64,000 bases of DNA from Pseudomonadota bacterium (GTDB taxonomy: Bacteria; Pseudomonadota; Alphaproteobacteria; Sphingomonadales; Sphingomonadaceae), in NCBI GenBank assembly GCA_039025455.1, contig JBCCOF010000001.1, forward strand, positions 7,338 through 71,337, read 5' to 3'. The notes beneath the pieces are model-generated. The model was not told the DNA's origin and ran no database searches. It saw only the letters and a program-made list of their open reading frames with translations. Position numbers and translations under genes: made by a program. This document shows positions 40,175 to 49,547 of the stretch, piece by piece; position 1 is the first letter of the stretch; every line of letters begins with the position of its first letter.

Positions 40175-41185
40175 TCAATCGGTCGCGGGTTGCTTATTCT
40201 TGGGCTCGATATCGCGCCGGAAATGAACCGACCAATCGGCCTTTCCCTCGCTTGCGATCAGTGCGCGGATTTGAGGCAGCTCGGCTTCAATAAACTCGAC
40301 TCTTTCATCCCACCCGTCATGCGTGCGAGCACGGAATAGGCCGCCGTCATGGGCTTTGCCCCATCTGGTCATGAAGCGTGCGGCTGCGGCAGGATCATAT
40401 CCGGCATTGGCCATTAGCCACGGCATCAAGCGGTCGGCCTCGCGCTCGGTGCGGCGGACATTTCGGCGCTTGCGCTGGTTCTCGTCCAGCCAGATGCTGT
40501 GACCGAGCAGGCTGTGCGCAAGTTCGTGCGCGACAACTCCGGCAAAGACCTCTTCTTCATAAGCAAAGCCCGGGAAGTAGGCTCCGATGGAAACACGCCC
40601 CCTGCCACCGCGCGCCAGGTCAGCGTTTCCGATAAGAGCAAAGCGAGCAGCACAAACCGGGACTGACCTTAGCGTGACGTCTTCGCCAAGTGGGAAGCGC
40701 ACTGTGATTTGGCCCGCGCGCTCAAGCTCCATGTCGATATAATCATGCACAAATTCGAGCCGTTCCCAATGCATGCGCTCACCTGCTGGCCATGCGTTGG
40801 GATCGAGCGCACCAATGCCCGAAATCTCGCGGTTGGTACGAAACGCGCCTGACAGTGCGGCGGGAGAACCGCGCGCGGCGGTTTGCACAGCGAAATCACC
40901 GCCCAGGCTAAGCGCATTGCGCGCGATCGACGGCTCACCATAGCTGCGCAGATCCTGCAATTGCAGACCGACCGATTGCACGCGCTCGGAGCAGAAATCG
41001 ACATTGCCGCGCACCAGTTTCCAACCGACATTCTGGAGCTTTTGATCGAGCGATTGAAACTGCCCAATAGCAGCGCGTTCGGCAGAATAATCGATATCGG
41101 CGGCGTCAGGCGTGGCGGCGAGTGGGGCGGCCAATGCAACCGCACCCAAAAGGCCTGCCAATCCCGACACAAGCCGTGTCCGCAT
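40175..41185 (-). CDS. M48-like metallopeptidase with degenerate PDZ
   Basis: Signal peptide, AHELAH, EREAD, AGYDP, TH...ER. Confidence 0.8.
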   Translation of the reverse strand: MRTRLVSGLAGLLGAVALAAPLAATPDAADIDYSAERAAIGQFQSLDQKLQNVGWKLVRGNVDFCSERVQSVGLQLQDLRSYGEPSIARNALSLGGDFAVQTAARGSPAALSGAFRTNREISGIGALDPNAWPAGERMHWERLEFVHDYIDMELERAGQITVRFPLGEDVTLRSVPVCAARFALIGNADLARGGRGRVSIGAYFPGFAYEEEVFAGVVAHELAHSLLGHSIWLDENQRKRRNVRRTEREADRLMPWLMANAGYDPAAAARFMTRWGKAHDGGLFRARTHDGWDERVEFIEAELPQIRALIASEGKADWSVHFRRDIEPKNKQPATD

Positions 41186-41910
41186 CAGCTGGCTTCGGCG
41201 CTCTCGGCCTCTGTGCCAGCGTCGTCGATGGCCTCTTTGAGCGCATCATAACCGACATAGCCGGGGATCGCTGTCGATCGGGTGATCCAGCCAGGAGTGC
41301 CATTGAAGCCCAGTGACTGAGCAAAAGTAAGATTGCTGGCGAGCTCGACTGTGACCGCTTCGGAGGCTGCATCCTCGCGGGCGCGCTCAAGGTCCAGTCC
41401 GGCTTTGCGAGCCGCGGCTTCGATGGACTCTGGCGTTGATGGCCCCAGTTCGAACATCGCTTCGTGAAATGCGCGATATTTGCCTTGCATCGCCGCGGCT
41501 AGCGCCATGCGCGCGGGCTGGTCGCTGCCTTCGAAGATCGGCCATTCGCGCATCACGACCTTTAGCTCGGGGTCTTGCTCCACAAGCCGCGTGACATCGG
41601 CCACGCTGCGTTCGCAATAGCCGCAATTGTAGTCGGTGAATTCGACCAGCACCTTGGAGCCTTCGGGATTGCCGATCACTGCACCGGGGAAGGGCTTGTA
41701 TATGTCGTCACCCAGCCCGGCGAGCTGCTCGCTCATTTGCTGTGTCTGATAAGCCTCTGCCATTTGTGGCAGCATGTCAGGGTTGGTCAGAAGGAATTCG
41801 CGTGTGCGATTGTCTGCCAGGCCGGTAAAAGACCACAAAGCCGCCCCGAGAAAACCGAAGACAAGCGCCATGAACGCGGTCGCGAGGGTGTTGCGAAGAT
41901 TAGTCAACAT
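41185..41910 (-). CDS. DsbA family oxidoreductase
   Basis: EFTDYNCGYC, E.PI, GTP. Confidence 0.9.
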   Translation of the reverse strand: MLTNLRNTLATAFMALVFGFLGAALWSFTGLADNRTREFLLTNPDMLPQMAEAYQTQQMSEQLAGLGDDIYKPFPGAVIGNPEGSKVLVEFTDYNCGYCERSVADVTRLVEQDPELKVVMREWPIFEGSDQPARMALAAAMQGKYRAFHEAMFELGPSTPESIEAAARKAGLDLERAREDAASEAVTVELASNLTFAQSLGFNGTPGWITRSTAIPGYVGYDALKEAIDDAGTEAESAEAS

Positions 41911-41968
41911 CGAGAATTCCGGAAGATTGGGTAGCGCGGGGACTAGGCGAACGCTCTAGCGTGAGACC

Positions 41969-43336
41969 CTAGCGATTGTCACGCAAGCGTTCCAGTTCGG
42001 CGCGTGCTTGCAAAGCGATATCCTGCGCTCGGATCCAGTCAGGCGAGCCACGTGGCAAGCCCGCCTCAGCGGAGATCGCGCTGCGCAGGGCCTGCGGATA
42101 GCGACGCGCCATGACCTGTTGTTCGGCGCTGGCGAGTTTGGCGCGAGGAATGTCTCCGCGCGCGGCATAGACCACGCCAAGCTGATACCATGCGAACGGA
42201 TTGAAGCGGTCGCGCGCAACAGCTGCGCGCAAAACGCGCTCTGCTTCGTCATAATTTGTCTCGTCTTCGGTCGCGATTAGCGCGTGGCCGAACATCGATG
42301 CAATCAAGGGCTGATTCAGCGTCATCTCGGTTGCCCGGCGCAAGGGTGCTAGAGCTTCCTGTGGGCGGCCGGATTCGAGCAGGATTTGCCCTTTGACTTC
42401 GAGGAAATAGGGGTTGTCCGGCTCCATCGCGAGCAAGGTATCGGCTTCGCTTAGCGCCTTATCGATCTGCGCATCCTTATTATAGGCAAAGGCGCGGGCA
42501 TAACGTGCAGGGATACTGGTATCGGATTCGGGGTAAATGCCGAGTGTTCGCTGGGGCTCGGCCAGATAGCCGAACAGCTTGGCCCGCATGCGGACAAACC
42601 GCTCCTGCAATTCAGGGTCGGGCGGAGTGTCCCAAGCGGCGTCTTTCTCATAGATACCACGCAAGGTCGCGAGGCGGTCGCCCGCAAGCGGGTGTGTGCG
42701 GGTGTAGGCGGCTTCGTCGGCCTGGCTGTAACCGCGACGAATTTCCAGATTGCGCAACCGCTCGAAGAATTTGAGCGACCCGCGCCCCGTGATGCCTGCG
42801 CCTGAAAGATAGCGCGCACCTGCAAGGTCAGTCGCAGCTTCCTGGTTGCGGTTGAAGGCGAGGAAGCTGCCCAACGCTGCCTGCTGACCCGCCATGAGCG
42901 CGCCGATGGCCGCATCACCCGCGCCTGCGAGCGCCGCACCGACACCCAACAGCAGCGAAAGGATCGTGATCCCTTGCGCCTGACTGGTCCGCTCATTGAA
43001 GCGGACCACGTGACCAGCGGTGATATGACCGAGTTCGTGCGCAATCACGCCTTGAACCTCGTTTGCGGTCTCCGCCGCGTTGATCAGGCCTGCGTGGATA
43101 TAGACCACCTGACCGCCCGCCACGAAGGCGTTGATCGAAGTATCGTTGATCAGCACGATATCAACATTGCCGGGTTCAAGTTCGGACGCTTCGATCAGCG
43201 GCGCTGCCATGTCATTGAGCAGCGCCTCTGTCTCGGCATCGCGAAGCACGCTCTGCGCAAAGACGGGTTGCATCGCAAATGCAAAGCTTGCGAAGAGCGC
43301 GATCAAAGACGCGCGAAAAGCGTGGAGGCGGAGCAT
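41969..43336 (-). CDS. M48 metalloprotease with TPRs (BepA-like)
   Basis: INAFV, AHELGH, QE..AD-like, THP, C-terminal TPR helices. Confidence 0.9.
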   Translation of the reverse strand: MLRLHAFRASLIALFASFAFAMQPVFAQSVLRDAETEALLNDMAAPLIEASELEPGNVDIVLINDTSINAFVAGGQVVYIHAGLINAAETANEVQGVIAHELGHITAGHVVRFNERTSQAQGITILSLLLGVGAALAGAGDAAIGALMAGQQAALGSFLAFNRNQEAATDLAGARYLSGAGITGRGSLKFFERLRNLEIRRGYSQADEAAYTRTHPLAGDRLATLRGIYEKDAAWDTPPDPELQERFVRMRAKLFGYLAEPQRTLGIYPESDTSIPARYARAFAYNKDAQIDKALSEADTLLAMEPDNPYFLEVKGQILLESGRPQEALAPLRRATEMTLNQPLIASMFGHALIATEDETNYDEAERVLRAAVARDRFNPFAWYQLGVVYAARGDIPRAKLASAEQQVMARRYPQALRSAISAEAGLPRGSPDWIRAQDIALQARAELERLRDNR

Positions 43337-43347
43337 ATCCGTGTGCG

Positions 43348-44304
43348 TTAGCGCTTTTCTGCCTGAACCGGAACTGAAGTTTGGTCGCGGCCGGTATCAC
43401 TGCGCGCCGAAACCGAAAGGGCGAATTCGGCAATCTGTTCGTCTACATCACGCCGATTGCGCCACGGCGATGCGAGCGAAATCAGCGGATCGTTATGGGT
43501 CATCTCGGGATAGTATCGGGTCTCGACCGCGCCGCCTGCCGCTTCGATTTGCTTCGCCAGCCCGCGCGAATTGTGGACGGCGACCAGATCATCCTTCTCG
43601 CCATGGATTAACAGCAAGGGCGGCGCGTCGCCGCGAATATGCGCAAGTGGCTGCGTCGCCTCGGGTTCAGTTGCTTTTCCAAAGGCGTTGATCGTCGATT
43701 CGCTGTCAAACGGGTAGAAATCGTAAGGACCCGATAGTCCGACCACACCTGCGATATCGTCGGGCGAAAGGCCTTTGCGGCCAAGCCATTGTTGTTCGAG
43801 CGCCGCCATCACGACATTGTAAGCGCCTGCGGAATGTCCGGCGATGATAATGCGATCAGGATCGCCGCCATATTGAGCGATGTCATCGTGGGCCCATGCG
43901 ATGGCGCGGGCTGTATCCTCAATCATGGCGGGGTAGACGCCGTCGGGATGCAGGCGATAGCCGGCCAGTACAACCACGAAGCCCTTGGAAACGAAGGCGC
44001 GCGCCAGAAATCCGTAATCGACCGGATCCCCGCTGCGCCAAGACCCCCCATGGGCAAACAGCAGCACCGGCAATGCGGCGTCCGAAGGGTCGCGTTGGGC
44101 CGGACCCCATACAATGAGCTTTTGCGACGGGTGTTTGCCGGTTGAGATTGTCGCCTGAAGCCGAGCACCGGCATCACCACCGATTATCCGGTCGACTGTT
44201 GATAGAACAGCCGGTCCATTGCGGGCAATTGCGGCTTGAAGAGCAATTCCTGCGATCAAGACGATCAGCACGGTCGCGCCCAAAACCCAAAGCATGATTT
44301 TCAC
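43348..44304 (-). CDS. Alpha/beta hydrolase (HSL-type esterase)
   Basis: HGGSW, GHSAG, HGEKD. Confidence 0.9.
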   Translation of the reverse strand: MKIMLWVLGATVLIVLIAGIALQAAIARNGPAVLSTVDRIIGGDAGARLQATISTGKHPSQKLIVWGPAQRDPSDAALPVLLFAHGGSWRSGDPVDYGFLARAFVSKGFVVVLAGYRLHPDGVYPAMIEDTARAIAWAHDDIAQYGGDPDRIIIAGHSAGAYNVVMAALEQQWLGRKGLSPDDIAGVVGLSGPYDFYPFDSESTINAFGKATEPEATQPLAHIRGDAPPLLLIHGEKDDLVAVHNSRGLAKQIEAAGGAVETRYYPEMTHNDPLISLASPWRNRRDVDEQIAEFALSVSARSDTGRDQTSVPVQAEKR

Positions 44305-44425
44305 TCTAACGGACCCTCTTGCCTCACAAACGGCAAGCGCGTTTGCCGTCCCTTTATTCAGGGGCGCTTAGCGGGGTCGCATGACTGCGTATAGGGGTGC
44401 GTCGGAGCTCAGTTTCGGGAGCGCT

Positions 44426-46093
44426 TTAGCCAACCAGCTTGCGGGCGGCGCGCTCAACCATTGGCACGTCGTTTTCGATTTCGCCGAGCACGACCACATT
44501 GCCCACACCGTCGCGGCGAACCATGACAAGCGAGAATTCGGGGCCATCGGGTGACACAGCTTCGAAAGTCATGGCTTCGAGTTGGCGCAGTTTCTTCTTG
44601 AGCGCTTCGCGAACCTCGTTGACCGCTTCGACTTGCTTACCGCTTTCCTCGCGCCGCAGGCGTCGCTCTGCCGCCACAACGCCCTTCAGGCCACCATCGG
44701 CCTTGCCAAGAAATTCGGCCAACTCACCGCGACTCAACTCTTTGCGATGCGCGTGGCTCAGCACTGCTGCATATTCGGTCAGACGCGTTTTGTCGTAGTC
44801 GCTGCCAAACACCAGTTTCACTACGGGTGTCATCGGCGCGCGATCCTGAACCACGAGGCCGTTTTCCTCGATCAGTTCGGCGTAGTCCTCCGGTGCATCC
44901 TGAGCCGCGAGCGAAACGTCATAGGCGCGGCCGACTGCGGCGTAGAGTGCCTGGCGGCTGCGATCTTCCGAGGCGCGGGCAGTGTGAGCGAGTTCGCGGG
45001 CCGAGGCGAGACAGTCATACAGCCCATCATCGTCGTGCACTTGGTGATCTTGATCGACTGGTGCGTCGTCATCCGCATCGAGCTCGGCAGGTTTGGCCGC
45101 GGGTGCATCATTCGGTGCAACCTTGGGCTCCGCATCACCGTTATCGGTGGGTTCGAGGTCAACCTCGTCGAGATCAAGCGCCTTTTTGGCTGGCGCTTCG
45201 ATGAAATCGCTTAGCGAGGCAAAGCCGTAATCGGGTTCGCCGTCATCCTCGTCCTCTTCCTCGTCATGGCCATCATCAAGCGCGAATTGACCAAAATCAG
45301 GCACGAGTGGATCACTCACGCCGTGACTTTCTGCGGTTTCTTCGTCCTCGTTTTCGGAGTCGGAGCCGGATGGCATGTCGTCCAATGGCGAGTCTGCCCA
45401 GTCTGTTACTGGGTCGGTGTGATGCTTGTGCGGAGTGGCTTCGGGCTCTTCCCGATTGGCACCGTCGATTGCCTGGTCGATTTCGAGCAACAGCTCGTCG
45501 GCGGTCGCCTGATCGGCCATTTCCTTCCAATTGATCACACCAAAGACAAAATCGATGGTTTCATCATCGCTGGAAAACGGCAGCAGAATGCCGCGATACA
45601 GGATCGATGCGCCGCGCTGATTTACAAATTCCGCTTCGAACCCGATCGGGGCCTGATTGGCGATAATCTGCATATAATGGTCGGTAATCCGGCTCAGGAG
45701 CGAGCGCGGCGGAACGTCTGAAAGCCGGGCAATCGGGCCATCGGCACCGCACTCCTCGCCCAGCTTCTCGCCAAGGAACTGCACGACAGGGTCCTCGATA
45801 CCGACGGAGAAGTCGAGCAAGACGCTGTTGGGGCCGAAATCAGGCAGATTCTCCGGATTTAGATCTTCTACCGAGGGAAAGCTTAGATCACCCAGCAAGC
45901 TGGCCCAATGGTTGTAGGCGCGGACCTGCATCCGGCGTTCATCTTGGCCGATGGCCGCGGGCGGCAATTCGCGAGAGCCTTCGTCATGTTGAGCGCTGTC
46001 GGACGCTGCATTGTGGGGATTATCCCGGGCATCCCAATCCTGGCTGTCGTCGCCCGAGTCCTTGGAGTCGAAATTTCCCCGCAACGTATCCAT
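44426..46093 (-). CDS. PAS-like domain protein with acidic linker and C-terminal helical domain
   Basis: AY.HW......FPS..DL, ILYRGILLPFSSD...ID...GV (PAS_5-like), D/E-rich linker. Confidence 0.75.
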   Translation of the reverse strand: MDTLRGNFDSKDSGDDSQDWDARDNPHNAASDSAQHDEGSRELPPAAIGQDERRMQVRAYNHWASLLGDLSFPSVEDLNPENLPDFGPNSVLLDFSVGIEDPVVQFLGEKLGEECGADGPIARLSDVPPRSLLSRITDHYMQIIANQAPIGFEAEFVNQRGASILYRGILLPFSSDDETIDFVFGVINWKEMADQATADELLLEIDQAIDGANREEPEATPHKHHTDPVTDWADSPLDDMPSGSDSENEDEETAESHGVSDPLVPDFGQFALDDGHDEEEDEDDGEPDYGFASLSDFIEAPAKKALDLDEVDLEPTDNGDAEPKVAPNDAPAAKPAELDADDDAPVDQDHQVHDDDGLYDCLASARELAHTARASEDRSRQALYAAVGRAYDVSLAAQDAPEDYAELIEENGLVVQDRAPMTPVVKLVFGSDYDKTRLTEYAAVLSHAHRKELSRGELAEFLGKADGGLKGVVAAERRLRREESGKQVEAVNEVREALKKKLRQLEAMTFEAVSPDGPEFSLVMVRRDGVGNVVVLGEIENDVPMVERAARKLVG

Positions 46094-46230
46094 GATCGCA
46101 AAACGCCCTGTGGTGACCGATAATCATCAGCGTTCTGGCGCGACGTGGTAAACATTGCGTTAAGTTGTGCGGGAAAGTTGTCGCGGTTCTCGCGGTGTCA
46201 AGCTGGCTTGGGCCGACTATTTTCGAGCGA

Positions 46231-46761
46231 TCACCAATAACGCATCTTGATGGTCAACCGCTGGGTGCCCGATCCGTGCTTGAACACGGCGTCCTTATAG
46301 CTTGGTGGCCCCATCACGACCTTGGCGTCGCGCGAAAAGCCATAGCCTTCCTTAGGGATCATCCCGAGCCGGCGGTCCGCCTTGCCGTTGTTGTTTTCAT
46401 CATGCAGCAGCGCAATCGCATAGCTGCCAGCCGCAACCCCGGTGAAGCGGATAGTCACCGACTTCTTCGCGGGCACCACAACACGCTTGGCCTTGGGGTC
46501 CTTGTTGCATTTGGGGAAGGACTTGCGATCCGCAGTAATACAGGCGCGCACGACGCCTTCGGATGAACGGATATTGGTGACCGTGATCACGACATCGCTC
46601 GCCATCGCAGGAGCCGCCGCACCGGCGATTGCGCCCGCCGTCAGGATGCTCGCCGCCTTTACCGCTCTGCGCGTGCGGCCCTTTGCTCCAAACGCCGTGA
46701 AAGGCCGCGATCCGTGCCGCAAAGCCGATCCCAAAAGCGAAAATACAGCCCGTAATTGCAT
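46231..46761 (-). CDS. DUF2141 family secreted protein (start uncertain)
   Basis: G.YAIA.LHDEN.NGK.D.....PKEGYGFS. Confidence 0.85.
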   Translation of the reverse strand: MQLRAVFSLLGSALRHGSRPFTAFGAKGRTRRAVKAASILTAGAIAGAAAPAMASDVVITVTNIRSSEGVVRACITADRKSFPKCNKDPKAKRVVVPAKKSVTIRFTGVAAGSYAIALLHDENNNGKADRRLGMIPKEGYGFSRDAKVVMGPPSYKDAVFKHGSGTQRLTIKMRYW

Positions 46762-47423
46762 TGATATTCCTCGTGATGCCGCTCGTGATGGCTGGCCGTT
46801 ATCAAGCCATAACCCAATGACGAATGAACAAGCCAGCGAGGAAACACCTCCCAACCCATATGATTTGTAACACCCATGATGGTCGCGATGGTCAGGAAGA
46901 CGCCCAATGCGGCGGCATGGACCGGTATCGCGAAAACCAGCAGCGGGATGAAAATCGCGCCCAGCACCGCCTCGATCGGGTGAAAGCTCATCGCGGTCCA
47001 TGCGGTTGGCGGTCGGCTGTCATGGTGGACCGAATGCGCCAGCCGGAACAGCCACGGGACATGCATCGCGCGGTGAGTCCAGTAAAACCACGTGTCGTGC
47101 AAAAACAGATAGAGCAGCAGCGAAACCGGCCAATACCACACGGGATAGTCGGTGACGTTGGCATAGATCAGCGTCAGGTCATGGTGCAGCCAAAGCCACA
47201 TGACGATCCCCGCCGGAACGCCGTAAATGCCCGCCGAGAGCATCGACCAGCGAATCTCGCGCCGGATCTGGGGTGCGAGGCCATCGTAAAGCCCCGGGCG
47301 CAACCGCTTGGTCGCCCACGAAAACAGACCGCTTGATAGGAGATAGCGCAAGGCGACAATCACCGTCAGCGCGAAACTGGACCACAGGATCGCAAGCGCA
47401 ATGGGTGTGTCGGCATCAATCAC
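46659..47423 (-). CDS. crtG: Sterol desaturase family; probable carotenoid 2,2'-beta-hydroxylase
   Basis: HDTWFYW.HR..H, H..HH, NH, ITA.HH..HH...NYGLYF.FWDR His boxes; overall resemblance to Brevundimonas CrtG as I recall it. Confidence 0.75.
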   Translation of the reverse strand: MIDADTPIALAILWSSFALTVIVALRYLLSSGLFSWATKRLRPGLYDGLAPQIRREIRWSMLSAGIYGVPAGIVMWLWLHHDLTLIYANVTDYPVWYWPVSLLLYLFLHDTWFYWTHRAMHVPWLFRLAHSVHHDSRPPTAWTAMSFHPIEAVLGAIFIPLLVFAIPVHAAALGVFLTIATIMGVTNHMGWEVFPRWLVHSSLGYGLITASHHERHHEEYQCNYGLYFRFWDRLCGTDRGLSRRLEQRAARAER

Positions 47424-47516
47424 AATTCAGCGGTATGCGCGCTTTGCCTCTGCAAAACAATGCGTTTCAACTGGGCGTTTCAACTGGAGCGGGCGTGTTT
47501 GCGCCTCAATCGTCGC

Positions 47517-48020
47517 CTAACTGGCCGTATCAAGCTTCGCGCAATGCGGGTCGAGCGTGGTCGTGTGCCTGCGCATCGCCATGCGGGCGAGATGCTCCAC
47601 CTGCGCCTTGCGTCGCGCCGCCGCCAGCGCGCCAAGCGGGGCGTTGCGCACGATCTCTGCATCATAGCCATCGGCGACGATCACGCCGCATTGCTCGGGC
47701 AAGAATGCTTCGCTTTCGAGAGGAGCCCGATCAAGCCCTGACGCAAGACCCCAATAAAAGCGGTCGCAAAAATCGAGATATTCGGGCCATTTGCCATCAC
47801 CCAGCAGATCGCTGCGCGCGACCTTGATCTCGACAATCGTGATCAGGCCTTTTGCATCGATCCCCATCAAATCGGCGCGGCGACCGTTTTTGAGCGGAAC
47901 CTCGGACAGGCACCAGATGCCGTTGCGCGCAAACAAGCGCATGATCCCGCGCGCTACATCTTTTGCCGCGATATCTGCGACCGGGCCCGCGTCGGGAGTT
48001 GAATAAAGTGTTTCGACCAT
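47517..48020 (-). CDS. mmcB: MmcB family DNA repair endonuclease
   Basis: EV.L.NGRRAD, IVEIK....DL..D.KW..Y...CDRF, ADGYDA. Confidence 0.9.
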   Translation of the reverse strand: MVETLYSTPDAGPVADIAAKDVARGIMRLFARNGIWCLSEVPLKNGRRADLMGIDAKGLITIVEIKVARSDLLGDGKWPEYLDFCDRFYWGLASGLDRAPLESEAFLPEQCGVIVADGYDAEIVRNAPLGALAAARRKAQVEHLARMAMRRHTTTLDPHCAKLDTAS

Positions 48021-48032
48021 GCTTCATCGCTG

Positions 48033-48047
48033 GAACATAGAGCGAAC
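48033..48047 (-). promoter_or_regulatory. Alphaproteobacterial LexA (SOS) box
   Basis: GAAC-ATAGAGC-GAAC (GTTC-N7-GTTC on the minus strand), 12 nt upstream of mmcB. Confidence 0.85.
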
Positions 48048-48061
48048 GAAGTCAAGTGAAG

Positions 48062-48469
48062 TCAGTCGACGCCGCGCTCGTCCGGTCGGTCCTGTGAAGC
48101 GAGCAAATTAAGCACTTTACCGCGTGCCACATAGTACTCGCGCCACAGCGCAAGCGCTGGTGCGGTGGTGTCCTGGCCACGATCGGAAAGCATTTTGAGG
48201 GCTGCGATTCCCGGTTTGACCATCGCATCCATGTCCGTGAGCGCTTCGCGCGCCAAAGCACTCTGCCAGCGCGCTGCATTCTCAAGCAATTGTGAGAACG
48301 CATCTGCCCCGACCTGATTGCTTTCGGGCGCTAGACCCGCCAGTCGCGCTAGGGATTGCGCCTGAAGCTGTAATTGCCCCCACACCTGCGCGGCCACACC
48401 GATTGGATGCAATTCGGGCGACGCTGCGGCGCGCATTGCACGCGTATCTTCGGGAGGCAGCGCTGACAT
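48062..48469 (-). CDS. Hypothetical protein
   Basis: 135-aa ORF, PG..AL......G.D...PAL.LW.E...AR. Confidence 0.65.
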   Translation of the reverse strand: MSALPPEDTRAMRAAASPELHPIGVAAQVWGQLQLQAQSLARLAGLAPESNQVGADAFSQLLENAARWQSALAREALTDMDAMVKPGIAALKMLSDRGQDTTAPALALWREYYVARGKVLNLLASQDRPDERGVD

Positions 48470-48605
48470 GAGGTCGGACTAGCCGGATGCGATTGCCGAT
48501 TGGTTAAGCCAAGTGTGGCGAGCTCACTCTTTCATTGTCGGCATAAGATATTGGACTGGCGAAGCCTCGTAAGGGTTGCTATCGCGCACCGCCGACCGGC
48601 GAATT

Positions 48606-48682
<77 letters not shown>

Positions 48683-48826
48683 TTATTTCAATAGTTTAGC
48701 GATATCGCTTGGGCTGCGTACGAAAAAAGTACGGAAAACTAGGTGTGTGAAAACCCGCATTGGCGTCGGCGTACCGCCCTGAACTCCATTGGCCGGATAT
48801 GCACAGCTCTAGGTTGAGTTTGGCAT

Positions 48827-49201
48827 CTACTCACCGAACTCGTCGTACTGGCCATAATCATTGACCGGGTTACCGTCGGCATAACCTTCAGCTCCATTGG
48901 CGGCGTTGCGGGCTCGCTCTTCCAATCGGTACATGATCCCAACTAGCATGCCGACGGCGACTTCGCAGCGTGCCGAGGGGCGCTGTGCGTCGCAATTTGC
49001 CTGTGCATTCTCAACTTGGTTCTGCAATTCGAGTGATTGGCGATGGATATCGCTAGCTACCTCGTCTGGAATCTGAGGGTTCTCATTTAGGATTTCATCA
49101 ACTGGGGCGTAGCCGCCGGAAAATTCAGGCAACAGGTCATTTGAAATTTCGTCACAAGCCGAAACGGTGATCAAACTTAATATTGCAATAGCTCTAAGCA
49201 T
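48827..49201 (-). CDS. Hypothetical lipoprotein
   Basis: AAGGA RBS, MLRAIAILSLITVSAC lipobox. Confidence 0.7.
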   Translation of the reverse strand: MLRAIAILSLITVSACDEISNDLLPEFSGGYAPVDEILNENPQIPDEVASDIHRQSLELQNQVENAQANCDAQRPSARCEVAVGMLVGIMYRLEERARNAANGAEGYADGNPVNDYGQYDEFGE

Positions 49202-49262
49202 TTCTGCGTTCCTTGTTTGAGCAACTACGACTGGTCGTGCCCACCATGGGATGACCATTAGT

Positions 49263-49272
49263 GACTATAGTC
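49263..49272. promoter_or_regulatory. C-box-like palindrome upstream of the XRE gene
   Basis: GACTATAGTC. Confidence 0.5.
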
Positions 49273-49310
49273 CCTAGAGTGCAAGCGCGATTGGCGGTCC
49301 AAGCTCCGGG

Positions 49311-49547
49311 ATGGATTGGAACAAAGTCGTTGCTGCGAATGTGAAAAGACTGCGCTTGGAGCGCGGACTGACCCAGGAACGCCTCGCTCATGAGTCAGAA
49401 CTCGACTTGACCTACGTGGGCGGCATCGAGCGCGAGCGACGCAATCCGACGGTCGATGTTCTGGGCCGGATCGCTTCGGTTCTGGGCGTCACGCCTAGCC
49501 AACTCTTGGAAGATGATCAGTGCTCAACAGCCCAAAAGAGCGACTAG
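49311..49547 (+). CDS. XRE-family HTH regulator (controller-protein-like)
   Basis: NV.RLR...GLTQE.LA......TYVG.IER..RNPT. Confidence 0.92.
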   Translation: MDWNKVVAANVKRLRLERGLTQERLAHESELDLTYVGGIERERRNPTVDVLGRIASVLGVTPSQLLEDDQCSTAQKSD

